From Lingula anatina (taxonomy: Eukaryota; Animalia; Brachiopoda), in the NCBI GenBank assembly GCA_051362555.1, contig CM120641.1, positions 41,112,401 to 41,176,400 of the forward strand: 64,000 bases of DNA, written 5' to 3'. Position 1 is the first letter of the stretch, and each line of letters starts with the position of its first letter. Below the pieces are notes generated by a model. That model was not told where the DNA came from, made no database searches, and saw only the letters and a program-made list of their open reading frames with translations. Positions 1 through 26,078 of the stretch are shown here, one piece after another. Made by a program: the position numbers and the translations under genes.

Positions 1-419
1 CAAATTAAAATAAGATAAATCTGTCGCTGATCAGATAATGCAGATATCACAACCCTATTCCAGTCCATTCGATGGATGTACCATTCTACCGCGTTTATTT
101 TCCCAATGATTCAACAATTTGACTATTGTTTGCCAATTTAGTAAAAATAATATTTGTGCTTCGGTTTACAGGCTTATAAATATCACCAGCGTTATTAATA
201 TTCGTCGGTTAATATTTGTCAATAAGTCAGGCAATACTGAGACTGTTTCTATAACAACGTTATTATCATCATTGTTAACAGTCTTCTCTCCCATCCATTG
301 CGAGAGGCTGACATTTAACTGTGTACTTACTTCATATGCTAGAGACAATTTTGTGTGTGCACGGGGCTACCACATATTTTCTGCTTGGAGTTCAAATCAT
401 TATTTCGGCTTTTCTCTTT

Positions 420-458
420 CTCTCTCTCTCTATCTCACACACACACACACACACACAC
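420..458. repeat. (CT)n(CA)n compound microsatellite
   Basis: Read directly from the sequence. Confidence 0.9.
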
Positions 459-850
459 CATTAGTGCAAGTGTTCTACAACCTGACTAGAAAGCTGGAGT
501 TTGACACAAAATTCGGAAGAAATATATGATGCGATCCAAATGGTTATCGAAGGACGTCTAAGATATATGTGGATCATAATATCCTCATCTTTCATCTGAG
601 ATGGCCATCCATTATTGAAAACGCGACATTGCGTTGTATAATAGCCTTATCTGAAATATTGAGGATCAAAGACATCCAAAATCATACATTCTACTATTGG
701 AGGGGGTTATATCCCTTTTGTTATCGACTAATTATTTCTTTGTGGGCTTTATGTTTCTCTTTATATCACTCATGTTTCATCTTTACATCTCTGACAGCGG
801 CGTTACTTAGACTCTTTCACGTGTCTTCGGTTATCATTATTTTAAGTAAT

Positions 851-886
<36 letters not shown>

Positions 887-3800
887 TTTTTGGCAGATGT
901 CGCTTGTTGATAGCCATAGCACCAAGCGAGTTCTTGCCCACCCTTTGCTATCACAGGGGCCTCTAGTATAGTATTAACACAATTGAAGAAGTCGATTCAA
1001 CAATTTTGTAAGACTATTAGCGACCCCTGTATTCAGAGAGTTGTTCTTGCCCATCATCTGAACTGTACGTCTCGAGTACACCTAAATACATGCACGTACT
1101 TCTGAATTGTATTTTTTACTCCAACAGGGTTATATTAATGCTAGAAAATTCTATACATAACTCTTGCGGCATTCTGTAAGGGACTATCTCAAAAGTACAC
1201 ATAGTGCCTGCAAATTTAAGTCCCCCCCAAAACAGGTCTGGGCCATCCTTCTTTAAGCGTGAACTAAAGACTGAAAGCATATCATTTGCTTCTTCGATAT
1301 TTTAAGAGGTTTCTCCCTCGGTGAAAACTGAAAAGACTGTCATTTTGGTGCCGATGCACCTAAAAACATGTAAAAACCATTTAAAAGGCCACGCTTCCGA
1401 ACCGCCATGCGAAAATGACATCAACTCATTACTTTTAAACGGATATAATGCAATCAATAAAATCCAGTCTGTCGATGCATTTGTATAGGCCTTAGAGATT
1501 CTGAGAGGAGTGAGGAATGGGGCCTTATATTGTATTGTATTTCAAGAACTTTGACCAGCAGAGTTTATGCATTGCAATTTTTTTAAATTCCTTAAAGGAC
1601 AGGCAATAAAGCTCCACTATAGCTCCCACACAAAGTGCTTTAATTACATTTAAAGGAACCCTATCAGGGATTTCATTACTAAAATTTTTCCCGAAAAAAA
1701 GCAATTTTCTCCTACAAACCATTACGCATGCTCGAACCGTACCTGCACTCGGTTTCGATGTTTTATACAATTTTGAATTTAATAACTTGATTCTAAATTA
1801 CTGTCCAGTCACTTTGACCGCCTAATATATCTCATTACTTTTCTAAATCAAGTCAGTTTTTGGCCAAACCAAAAATATCTCTCTTAGAAAAATGTTCTGT
1901 TTCCATACATGTTTTGCGTCACTGCGCCTACGGTAATTTGAAATTAGATCGTTCTTTAATTGTGGTTCTTAAATTACACAGAATATATTTAACTTCATGG
2001 CACAAACAATACCAGGTAGAGGTAGCTATTTTCAGTTTTAAAACAGCAAATGCCACTAATGCACTCCGAGAGTGTATAACAAGGCTACAGTCAGTACACA
2101 ACGTACAATCTACATACTGATAGTAGAGAGGTATGTTGAAAGGTGCACGTGGCTGTCTATGGCTGAACAGCTGATATTCTTTTGTAAACACTCTTTGTGA
2201 CATTTTTCTTTTGTATAACAAATAACCTGATTTGTTTCTTTAGATTCTCTGAAGGGCCTGGCCTTTTTCTTATAACTGCCAAAACTGACAAAGCGAAACA
2301 ACACTAAAACATACATACTTGTTTCTCACAAACTGAAGTGGTCAATGGTCTTCGTTCCGCCGTTTTAAAGAACCAGATTTTTCTTAAGAACCTCTAAGAT
2401 GGTTGGCCACTGATGAAAGCATTTTTCTCATATGGCATTCTAAAACCAGCAATAACTGTTTGATTTATCAAAACATAAGAGTGGGAAGGTTGACCATTCT
2501 ACCGCAACTCGTGCTCTACATGTATGGTCATCACCGTGTCATCCGCGTGGTCATCACCCGTGTAGAAATATTATCAAAAACGGAGACGCTCACAACATAC
2601 GCCTGGTGTTAAATAAGTAAAAACAATAAGCAAATAATAAATATAAAAATATAAATAATATATATCCGCTATTTCAACATCTAGTAATAAACTTTTAACA
2701 GGCGATCAAAGGGGCTTTTAGCAGAATCCACCCCACCCTCACCAAGACGATGGAATTCATTGAACAGCCTTCAGTTTTCTATTACTTTATATTCGGCGTG
2801 CAACGGTACAAACACGCCTTCTTTTGAAGCCCCTATTTAATATTCTTTACGTATCCCTGTTTTTAAGGTCTCAGATTTACTAAAGGATGCGTGAAATTTA
2901 AATTCAAAGTTTAGTATTTTAGGTAAACTTTCGTGTGTATACATACATTGTAACAGGCATAATGCCGTCGTGCACGCTCTCTCCCCGCCCTGAGAGTATC
3001 GGCATGCCTTCCGTAATGCGTCGCCTCTATTGAGCTTCGATGGTCCAAATGGTCATCGCCATGCAATTGCCGTGGACAAGGTTACAGTTCAGCTAACTTA
3101 AATTGAGCGTTTGCGCTCCGGCCTATGCTTAAATGACACCGCTGTGTGTATTATCTGTCGCTGAGGCAGCGATATAGCCTCTAGTGTAGCCTATACGATT
3201 AACGTTCTTTGAGTTTTCGGGTTTTCTTTTCTGGTTTAAATTCTAATATTATATAACACAGACTCGGCGTGAGTTCAGTTGAACTCACGTTACATAAGCC
3301 AATTTGCGGCTTGGCTGTTTTGGCATTCATCTATTTTTTCTTAGCTGAATTAAACCTCAGGTGGGTTTACAGTGAGCCCAGAAAAGAGGCTATTCATGTA
3401 CAGTGGGTCTGTGTGCAAATATATTAAGTGTTCTATGCTCGATGTCACTCATAAACACAGTCCAGTATAGGACGGCACAGACATGGGTATGTCAGAATTT
3501 CACTCATTTTACGAATTTAGCTTCACACTTAGGTATAATATTGATGGTTAGGAGAAGGCTATATTTAGTGAGCGACCTGTCGGTGATCAATGACCCATGT
3601 ACGTTACTTTAATGATGATATAAGCGAATTTGGCAGTTTTGACTGCATTGCGTAGTACTGACAGCTACTCTGCGTTAAGTAAGATATATAGGACCTATGG
3701 CAACCGAAGATGCGATTTAAACCGTGAAAAATTGCGAACCAAATAACGAGCGACATATGTCAGTTCATTTTGGAAAATCTGTCAATAGGAATAAGGAAAA

Positions 3801-5030
3801 CGGTTGCACGATATGTAGCCTACGTTGACAGGCCTGTCAAACGATGTTTTCATTCGAAGACGGAAATTAGTGTCCCCGAGGAATCCCCGTCACATTTTCC
3901 GTCCAATATTATGAAGAACTGAAATTTTCAGGATGGAGTATTGCTTCCTGTCTAGAGAATTAAGCAGACCTGGGTCTCCCGATTTCTGGGCTCTAGGCGC
4001 ATACGTATCTATAAAGGAAAAAATGACACTGAGCATTTCATCCGGGGATCAAAATAGCGCACTCCTTGATGACCTGTCAACCAACTTTTCAAAAACGGGT
4101 CGTCTTACAGGTAATCGTTGTTCGGTGATTGTTCTGTTAATCCAGAGGTGTGAATCACCAAAGAACGGCGTTCGCCATTAATACAATATATGGTGCTTTA
4201 ATCCAAAGCAATATTGACGCACGGAGATTGCGAATACAATGTCAGAGGACGCGTTATATCATGTGCAAACAACGCATCAAGGGTAGAGCCGAGATGGTAT
4301 ATGTCCGTGAAAAAAAAATCCGACATCTGTAATGCTTGGGTGGGCTAAGGACCCGGATCCTCAGCAGAAAAAAAAAAAATAATAATAAACGATATTTCAT
4401 ATATTCTGTTGGCAAAACTTCAGATTGAATTTAAGGTAAAACAAAAATTAGGTTAATTATGCGATGTGCCCCTTCGATTAAGATTGATTAAGAACTAAAA
4501 TGCCAGACCTTGCACAGCGTGGAAAGAAAAAGCTGAAGACTGCTAATAATGAAATCACACCCAAGGGCGCACCCGTCCTCATTGGTACAATATAAAAATC
4601 CATAACATTGTTATATACGTCCGGACATCGCCGCAGACCTGCTAATTGACCCCGGCTGGACGATTTATTCCCGTTCTGATGTACGGCGTCCTTAAGGGAG
4701 ATATTTCACCTTGCAGGCGTCGACTATGTCGCTGGTGATTGCATAGACAGGGCGCCGATATTTTTTAATCTACTGCCACGAATATCACCGAGTTAGTAGT
4801 CTTAATTTCCACTTTTTCGCCATACGGTCTGCTTTACAGGCTACAATTAATTAGCGATTTATGGCACTCCCCTAAACGTTATTTCCTCTTGGTTATCAGA
4901 AACATTAGGTTGTGAAGTTGAAGGCGCTGGCAAGCAAACAAAAGCATTGCGACTTTCTGTTTAAGAGTTCTATCAAACGCTTCCTTACCTAGAGTCCTTC
5001 TATCTCGCTGTCTTTCAACCTGGGTGAGAT

Positions 5031-5076
5031 ATGGCGCTGGTTGTCAACCTTGAAGACTTCTCTGACTCACAAGATG
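5031..5076 (+). CDS. Candidate first coding exon of the calmodulin gene (MALVVNLEDFSDSQD-)
   Basis: ATG at 5031, 15 codons plus G, then the donor gttaag. Phase 1 fits the acceptor at 5725 and gives GAA=E. FSDSQ loosely aligns with calmodulin LTEEQ. The donor is weak. Confidence 0.45.
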
Positions 5077-5666
5077 GTTAAGGATATTTATGATCTCTTT
5101 ATGAGAGCCAACATTCCCGTTCGCCCAAAGTGTTGTGTCAATAGTGTGCGGTTATTTGAGTTTAGGATTTCGGTTTAAAGGCTTCAATTTTTAAAGGTTC
5201 TACACGGGAAATAGAGCTCACCTGGAGTGAACATGCTTCAATGCGACGGTAAAATATTGAAAGGCGCGTCTCGTCTTGCACTTCTCATTATAGTCTCACG
5301 ATGGCATTGCATTTAAGCGCCGATCCCGCGTTCCTGCGAGCCGAATTCCTCTCGGGTAAGAACCGCGGGATGTGTGTACTGGACTAGAAAACGGCACTTG
5401 TAATCTGACAGCAAGAAAAGGGCGTAGTGTGCGGTGTTTTCGTGTCTCTGTCAGGTGCACTAAACCTTTTACCTGAACTAAACTAAGGCCATGCAGCATC
5501 CTCCCGCGGTCTTTGATCGGCATGATGTACGGCAGGACCACCAGCATTGGGTCGCAGCTTTCTTTCAAATCATTTCCTTGAACTCGAAAACCAAAACGCT
5601 TCTGTAACATCCTCATAATACTGTGCACATGTCGGTGACACGTAATGAAAATGGAATGGAAATTAA

Positions 5667-10394
<4,728 letters not shown>

Positions 10395-12265
10395 GGGCTA
10401 ACGAAGGCAGACGACACGTCGTCTTTCGATGGACCCGCCTTAGACACCTCGATCTGCAGCTCGAGATCGAGGCCATTTCATGAGAAATAAAAGCTGCGCC
10501 TCTGCTCTGATCATATCATTCGTACTCATCCCAGTGAATTACTTATTTGCTATCTCTTTTATAATAAAATCATGTTATATATATTTGTTCGAAATAAATA
10601 GTAAATGTTTTCATTCTTTTTACTTACCGTTCCATCTGTTTCTTTTTTAAAGCTTATAAAATATTCTCATTTTTAAAAAATATATATTTATTTAAAATAT
10701 ATTCCGCTGGAATTAGAAAAAAAACGGGAAAAGACTCCAGATAAATCAGACGTGTGTTTTCTGCCACTATTAAAATCAATAAGCTCCTTGAGGCAGAAAT
10801 AAAGCGACCTCTTCTCGATCTGAGGAGACAGCTACGGACTGAGTTTATCACTTCCTCGCCAACCATCACGCCACGGGTGCCAATTATTTCAATCTATTAG
10901 AACTGTTTTTGTGGCCTAGAATCATTCAGGATACAAAGTTTTTCCACAGGCTTGCTTGCAAGAGGAGCAAAACCCCCGACGTGCAAGCTCAGTGACGTAT
11001 ACAGCTTATTGCAAAGAAGTGAAGCGATGTACTCAAGGTCGCGTTAAATGAAGTTGTTATTTGCGAGATAATGCAAAAACTTATCGTTGATTGACGCCTG
11101 ATAAATTGAACAGCATTAACTTTATTGACATTATCAACATGAAGTTGTTGACGTAAAAGTAGCATTTTGATGGTTCCCTTCCAGAAAGTCCCAGTCTCCG
11201 TTTCATATTTCAAGAGAATATCCTAAATGCACCAAATTATTGACACTGCTAAATCAAGAAATGCAAATAAAATGAACTCGTGAAAACGTTGAATGTCTAG
11301 AGCAAACAAATGTAATAGAACTAATAAGAATGATTGTAATGTATGACATTTTTATTGACGAGATGGACGCCAGTCGGCTAAAGACAGCATATACAATTGA
11401 GAACCGTCCCAAGACATCATTATTACAAACTAAATGTGTTAGCCTTTCGATAAATCGGCTTCTCCATAAATAAACTTTACCTCTAGGGAACAGAAATTGC
11501 CAAAAACTGGAAAAGTAACTATATAAAGACAGTTGTTGTTTCATTTCTTATCCCCTCCGTATCTTATCAATCCATGCCAACTCAATAGAATTCCCAGCGA
11601 AATGAGGTTTATGCGTCATCCCTATGGTAGAATTTGACGCTCATTTCTTTAAAAGGGCAATGCTTTTAAATCCGCCAAAGGAATGTTTAAAATTACTTCT
11701 GTTATCTTCTACCTCCAGGAATCAAGACCTAAAACAGTTTCTACATCAAAATAATTACTCGGAACTCATCTGGGAAATTTCTGTAGTTTTCCCCCTGAAA
11801 TAAAGCAATTTGTTTCCACGTGTGTTCCGTTCACTGCCAAATTCATCCTGTATTCCTTCCAAGGAGGCCATGGCTTTACAAAGATTCACACACGGCCTCA
11901 ATTAATCCAGGTGTTCACACAGAGGAGATCAAGATAAATCCTAAAACAATAACACACGTTTTCAGAGCATATCAAAAGTCCAAGAGCTCCTTAATTATGT
12001 CCTTGAAACGACCCCCAGAAACACCCCACAGAGTTCCTCCCACCTTACACCTGTACTATGTTAAATTTACATATCTCAGTCATAATCCATCCAACAGGGC
12101 TATCAGCTTCTCCATTAGGACCAAATCATGGATAATACAAAGTTTTGGGCGTTGTTCAATCTCTCAACAGTACTTTGTACTTTTGGTTCTGTTCTCTTCA
12201 AATGCAAAGCAGTTTTTTTTTTTTTTTGTTTTTTTTTCTGTACTACAAACTCAGCCAAGTTGATC

Positions 12266-19272
<7,007 letters not shown>

Positions 19273-20284
19273 GTTTGTTTGTCTCGCTTTACTTCTCGCA
19301 CAATGAATGAGCGTGATCTCAACTAACACAATCTGTGCATTCACATAATCTATCCAGGGCACATCTCTGCAGTTTCTGCCCCACCTTGCTTACCGTCCCC
19401 CAATTCCTGATTCACAGTTCCACAAGGCTGAGGTGTTTCAGGCCGATAACTCTTTTTGATCAGTCTGCTCTGAATAACAATTTTCAATTTGGGTAAATAA
19501 AAGGAGTGAAAAGGCCCGCTTCTTAATTTAAATTTTGAAATTGTTGGCTGCACGTACGACTCTTTTGACTGCTAAGAATCAATTTAGCAGCAAGATTGTC
19601 CAAAGTTTCAACTCTCTGTATAAAATTGTTAGTCTATGTCATTATTAGGACCCAATAATATGCTGACCAAAATTAATGCAATCTGGAGTAATACATTTTT
19701 GTTTTTTTTCTAAGATCCCATGATGCTGAAAAATATTTGTGAAAAACAAGTGAACACCCCGCTTAGTTCCTCTGTATAAAGTAATGCTTTATTTCTTCCT
19801 TGGATTTATACATACAGATTCATTCTGAGGTATTTTTGGGATTTTTAACCATAAATGCCAAATTTTATGCATATACTGGTACATGTTGTTTTTGCTTTGT
19901 TAAATAAAATAAACTTCAATTTGCTTGTAAGTTTTATTGGATGAAAAGACAGGTCAAATTCAAAATATCAGTAGGACTTGTCTATTTTCACAAAAATAAT
20001 TGGCATATTTTTTGTTTTGCAATCCTGTTGAAACCAACACTATGTGCTATATGAAAGTGGTTGTAATTACATGTTAGAGCCGTTTCAAAATTTGTTACCT
20101 TAAACAATTTTGACTTAAGTGTAACTAACATATGTTAGCTAAGCTGTCTAGTAACATTTACAAATTGAGTATTATTGTATTTAGTCCTTTTAATATATTT
20201 TGTCAAAGTATCTGATTATCTTCAAAGTAAATAATCGAGGAATGCGCTTTCAATCAAAGTAATGCCATGATAAATTAATAATTA

Positions 20285-20505
20285 ACTAGAACAGCACTCA
20301 GAGTGCACAGGCCGCTGCCAAGACAGCTAAATCATCATTAGATATTAATTATGTGGATCACCACAAAAATTTAATCAATTCCAAGTTAGTCCATTTCTGA
20401 TATATCCCGAGATTTTACTCAAAATCTGTTCATTACTTTTTAAGTGAGTTACTGTTAACTAACAAACAAACAAAGGCAAAACCATTTCCTCCTTGGAGGA
20501 GGCAC
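20285..20505 (+). repeat. Dispersed repeat (Helentron/HINE-like), copy 1
   Basis: Begins actagaacagcactcagagtgcacag, contains an (AAAC)n tract and ends in the hairpin cctccttggaggagg. Similar to 37533-37872. Confidence 0.55.
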
Positions 20506-21016
20506 TGACAATAGGCTGAAAATTGGCCTGAAAAAACTATAACACTGTAACATGATCTACTTAATCCAGTACCATTTTTACACAAAGAAAATATGTTAAT
20601 TCTTTAGGGTCTACATATCTGACCAATAAGAAAAAATATATACTACAAAAATGACATCAGCTGTGCTTGGGCAGTCTGGGATAATACAAATATAAATGTT
20701 TTACTGCAAACAAAAATGTAAATATATGAAATAGAAAATATTAAAGGAAATGTTTGATTGAACAAGAGCAAGGCATCCAAATCACTTCTCTACAATGATT
20801 CAGCATCACAATTTATATCACAGCTTCAGTTAAAGTGGTTCAAATCAATTCTACAAGATACAGAGTTAGAAATTGTTTACTGGTTATTGTATATGTTTTG
20901 TGGGAACAGAAAGGCTTACTAAGGCAGCCTGATTTTTTTGTTAAATATTACAAAATGTACATTTTGCCCTTTTTTTATACCTTTACTTCTCACTGTTCTT
21001 ATTGCACATATTCATT

Positions 21017-22837
21017 TTACACATCAAACATGTAATACTCTAGGAATGTAGGAGATCCCATGAAGATGGGCTTATAGTTATCAATCATGACTTTGGCCTC
21101 TAATTCTGGGCTGGGAAATCTGTGCTTACTCTTTCGGCCTACAAAATGAAAACAATACAATGTAGTTTTATGTCAATAATACTTAACAACAACAAAAAAA
21201 AAAAAAAAAAAATGAAACTTTGGAAAACTAATGATTAAGATATACTTTATGTACAGTTTGTTTTTGTTTTATTTTTTTCGTTAAACAGCAGTATTACTAT
21301 ATCAAAATAATAAATCATTTAGTAAAATAAACCTGATCAATGCTACTCTCTCAAGCAACTATAAGTTTGCTTAAATATTGCTGTAATTTTGTGAACAGTC
21401 TCTAGCTTTCAATAAAAACACTTACACTCATCCACAAAGAAATTCGCAAAATACTGTGAAACCAGTGCAGAATGCATTGTATGCTCCAGTTTGTAACTGG
21501 GATCCCAGATAAAGTTGTTCTTCTCTGGGTGGAACTGGGTACCATAGAATGGGTAGCGGTATGCTGAAGATAAAAATAAATAAAATAAATAAATACCAAC
21601 ATCTGTTAAAATGCATTTATAGTTTAATATACATTAATTATCTGTACACTGGTCTAAGGTATTATGTTAAACAAACATGTAATTGAGATTGTAATATTAT
21701 TTACTCAATTTGCACTGACACCCACAAAGCTTTTGCTTCAATTCAAGTATAACCTGCTAATATCACAATTACATCGATATCCTAGCATAAATTATCCACT
21801 TAAAAGAAACGCAGTACCAAATTAAATTTTCTATTACCTTCCATTGAAGACACAAAAGGACTTCCTTTTTTGTCATTATTTTTAGACAACACTCTATAAA
21901 ACTTCTTCAGTTCAGGAGTATTTTCATATGTCTGAAAAATATACACAGCATAGTCAAAGTCTATGAAAATATAATCAAAATATCAATCAAATTACATTAT
22001 GTAGTAAAAAAAATAAAAAATAAAAAAAAAGAATTTTCTTCCAAAAATAATTTTTACACTTTGAGACATAATGAGGCAGAAAAAATTAAGGTTGTCAAAC
22101 TTTGGAACAAGAAACTCATTTCTTCATAAACGTGGTAAGCAAACACCACCACCATACCTCTGGGTCTAAGCAGGAAAAATGAAAATTTGCTGTGACATTC
22201 TCAGTTGCCAATATCTGCACCAAGTTTTCTGGAATCTCTCTATACAACCTGCCCTTCCTGAAATCTGAATTCAAACAGTGTCCATAAATACATTTATGAC
22301 AGTCTCTATATTGTTATTAGCCATACACAAAAGCTAACACACCGACTCCATATAAATAAAACATAGGTCTTTCCAATCAGGATAAAATCAACTTACCTGA
22401 AGGAAACAGTTATCCCATAAAATACTGTGCATTCCAAAGAAAACAACAAAAATCATGGTAAAAGGACAGTCATTTCAAAAGATCCTTAACATGTTTTTTA
22501 CCTATGAGTTTTCGTCAAAGGGTCTTGAACACAAAACTGACAAATCTCTTTATAGATATAATTTCTTTTTTCACCAATACTACAAAAAAGAAAACTTATA
22601 ACCTACCTTGTTCAAAGTGGAGTGGAATGCTGATGTCCATGTCGCTGCAATCTTTGAGCACATTTTTGCCAGTGGCCAAGGCTGTGAGTAACTCAAACCC
22701 AAGACAGGTCCCCCACAGGGGGAAGTAATCTCCTCGGTCATAGGCCTGAAATTAACTGTCACATGTTATTTCTTTTTACATATGATTCTTGTATCAGTTA
22801 GGACTTGAAAAATATTTTGAAAATAAATATAACACTT

Positions 22838-22873
<36 letters not shown>

Positions 22874-22874
22874 T

Positions 22875-22915
<41 letters not shown>

Positions 22916-25625
22916 GACACACACCGTTCTACTTAACATTTCAGCTGAAAAACACAATTTTTAAATTCATAATTTTCTTTTGAAAAATTCAACGTGAAAG
23001 TAAAAAGTGGAGATGGGGCATAAGTGTCTAACTCAACTTGACAAACCTGACAAGTTTACAAGTTTTTTATCAACATTATACCAGATTATCAACTAGTATT
23101 CAGTATCTACTGTGTAACTTAATGTTCAGACACATCTATCCTCGTGCAACTTATAAAATACCATAGATATATATGAAACACAAAAAGAAAAGAATGAGTT
23201 CTAGTGTGGCCAAGAATGACTTGTGTTTTATTTCTATCTATATTCTAAGAGATGAGAAAAAAAGAAACCTTGAAAATGGTAAGATTTTTCATGATAAGCC
23301 AATATAAACATGTGACACCAACATTTCAAGAGTCAAATGACTCAGCAAAAATTGCTGATTTAATAACCATGAGACAGCAAAATGACATATCCGTGACAAA
23401 TAATAATCATGAATCCAGGAGACAAATAAATAAACATACTCAATAAAGTGGTATTTCATGCAGTTTGAAAGATGGAAAAGACCCAGGGACATGTTAATTG
23501 CGTTTTTCCTTTTTCCTGGGCCTTACTTGGCCAACGGCTTTGGCTTTTGGGCTCAAGTTATTTAATAATAAATGTTACAAAAAACAGAATCCAAGAAAAG
23601 GGATGGGTCAAAATAAGATTCCCAAAGAGATTAAAATTTAAAATATCAAATAGATAACGCATAGGATACTCTGATTCTTTGACAGCTGTTTACCTTAAAT
23701 CTGCTTCAATCATATCAATTATTTATTTTTACAATTACGTATAGAGGTCATAATCCCTTACCTCAATGGCTAGTTTGAAGAAGATCTGCCCTGCCTTTGC
23801 ATATCCAGAGTCAAGAATGGACACTTCTCCTCCAGGAAATAATACTCTAAAATTCATGAAAAAAAAACTTTCAAAATAGGAGAATGTAAGAGCAACTTTC
23901 TGAATAGAATAAATGCGTGTAATTTTATTGCTTACACAGCAGCAAAGGAAAGGTTCAAGAAAGTTATGTATACCTCTGTTCCCCCAACTTACCCATTCAA
24001 AGATTTAAAGAGATTGATGTAATAGTCATCTGTCTGGTTTACTCTGAAAATTTAAAAAAAATTTTTAGAAAAAGTGATGAATGTTTAGTGCAAATCTGAG
24101 TATAATAAATTACCTAGGGCTAGGTGTATAAAAAAATTGCATTTCTAAAAGAAAATATTGAATTACTGAAATTTGAAAGGATTTATAATTAAATTGCAAT
24201 CTATCTTAATAATTAAACTTAAATAAATGTCAACCAGGATTTAAGAAGTCTGTTTTCTTTTAATTAACACATTGTGAAAAAACCCAACAATTTTTTTAGC
24301 TATTTTCAGGGGTAAAACTGAATACTAGGATATAACTCTACAACTGCCATACAAAATCTGTATCTCATACATGTATACTAGTGAATATATTTCATGACAA
24401 AACATCATCTCAGTAATTAAAAACAAGCCTATTACTTCACTGGTGCCACCCTTGCTCCTGCCTGCTCCAAATATCCCACATAAGAAGCTGGTATGTAGGT
24501 TGCCCCATACTTCTTCAACTGGTCTGGAGACTCCTGGGACATAATACCTGCATAATAACAGAGGGGACTTCATTTACATAATTGTAATGATCAAAGACTT
24601 CTCATTATGTGTTAATAATTACAACTTCTCATTAAGTCTTTTGTACCTCGTCAAAGCATCAGTTATTCAAATGGATTTTTTAAGTTTTGCATACACACAG
24701 CAATATTGGTAGGATACATGTACAGAGACTTTGGGGAGGGGGGGGAGAAGCAGGCCAAACTATATGGCTGCTAGAAAGCAATTAAAATGCACGTCTGACC
24801 ACTGTGGCTGATAAGTCAACACAAAAGCCATCGCCATCCTTGAAAGGCTCTTGTACATTTAAGAGAAAGTAAATATTTGGTTGAATTTATTTCAAATAAT
24901 TCCATTTTTGTTCTCGCTGTTTGATATATATTCCATAACTCAATCTGATCTGCATTTAAAGATGTACCCCCATTTGCTTTCTAGCAGCTTTGAAACGTTA
25001 AAGTTTTGCTGAGTCACTTTGCTCTATGTTGATGTTAGATGTGTAGAACTTGTTGCTAGAAATATTATTCAGTTAATGTGCCTTCACTTGATTAACACTA
25101 ATACGCTCTAGATCCTAATTTATATGCCTAACGTTAAATTTATTTCACATTCATATAACATTATCCATACACTGCACATACATACATATAGCACGTAAAT
25201 ATACCCCTACATTTAGTAATGTCCATAAAAATGTAAACACAAGCTGCAAGGCGAATGAAGACTCAAAACCGGGAAGTGACTGGGAAAAGATAATTGAAAC
25301 TACAGTTTTAACATAAATTTAAGGCTCAAAAGAAATAAAATGCATTAGACTACTTTGAGCAAGCCCATTTTATCGCATTAGCAAGTAGTAACACTGTTTC
25401 CCAACACTTCTATTACATGTTACGCTCGCTACCAGTTTATGACGCCGAGCTAAAATATATACAACTTCTCTGCCTCTGTCTGAAAGCTTACCACACTGAC
25501 ATACCTATAATTGGGACGTAATTTGTCTCTGTATGCGTAACATATTTCAGTGATGTGTCTGGTATCAAACCCGCACTGCTAATCTCCAGCAGAGCAGAAA
25601 TAAGAAGCAAATATCGGCACGGCAT
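21017..25625 (-). CDS. GGH: Gamma-glutamyl hydrolase (folylpolyglutamate conjugase, peptidase C26), 9 exons, 322 aa, with signal peptide
   Basis: Exons: 25505-25625, 24436-24547, 23993-24043, 23762-23846, 22607-22745, 22158-22264, 21838-21931, 21426-21563, 21017-21138 (969 nt, in frame). Motifs: PIIGI, YIPASYVGYLEQAGARVAPV, VLFPGG, PLWGTCLGFE (catalytic Cys), TANFH, QFHPEK (catalytic His). The N-terminus MPCRYLLLISALLEISSA is hydrophobic. Confidence 0.95.
22845..22924. repeat. (CA)n microsatellite with two TGGA interruptions, in a GGH intron
   Basis: Read directly from the sequence. Confidence 0.95.
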
Positions 25626-25677
25626 GGTGCTAGCTACCCCTCACGAGTTCTCACTCATTAGGAGCACCTGATCAAAA

Positions 25678-25685
25678 TGACGTCA
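25678..25685. promoter_or_regulatory. Full CRE palindrome TGACGTCA about 50 nt upstream of the GGH start codon
   Basis: Exact consensus in a promoter-proximal position. Function is untested, and other copies occur at 7210 and 35492. Confidence 0.35.
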
Positions 25686-25902
25686 AAATTGAGATCGAGG
25701 CTGAAAATCCCCTTAGCCTGCTCCTTAGCCTACCTTCCACTCTCCATACATTCGGTATAAGCTCAGCCATTATCCGTTTCTTTAATTTAGATAGATGCAT
25801 TATTAGAGTTATCTAGAGTTTGTAATGTTTTTCTACATCAAAGAAAATTTAGATATAAGGAGATTTATCATTTTGGCTTTATTTGGCCGTTTTCAGTAGG
25901 TT

Positions 25903-26078
25903 ACAGGCCAGTAGCCAGGGGAGTTCGGGTGGCTCGAACAAATCGCCCTTTTCGCTGGGAAAAGGCCCGCTTTGGGTAAAATTTGATCTAGATACGCATA
26001 GGTTTTATGGTAAACAGTCCACTTTTTTCAGAAAAGACCCCCATCCCCCCCCCCCCCTCCCTTGAAATCACGACCTGA
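25903..26078. repeat. Degenerate poly-C/G-containing MITE remnant (CAGG..GTAGCCAG type)
   Basis: caggccagtagccagggg...ccccccc...cacgacctg. A similar end (cagggccgtagcc plus poly-G) occurs at ~58787. Confidence 0.45.

Noticed and set aside
1650-1960. Possible TTAA-flanked (Kolobok/piggyBac-like) element
   Set aside because: The terminal inverted match is short and imperfect, which is expected by chance in AT-rich DNA.
22766-22983. ORFs with VC/HT dipeptide repeats
   Set aside because: They are translations of a (CA)n microsatellite.
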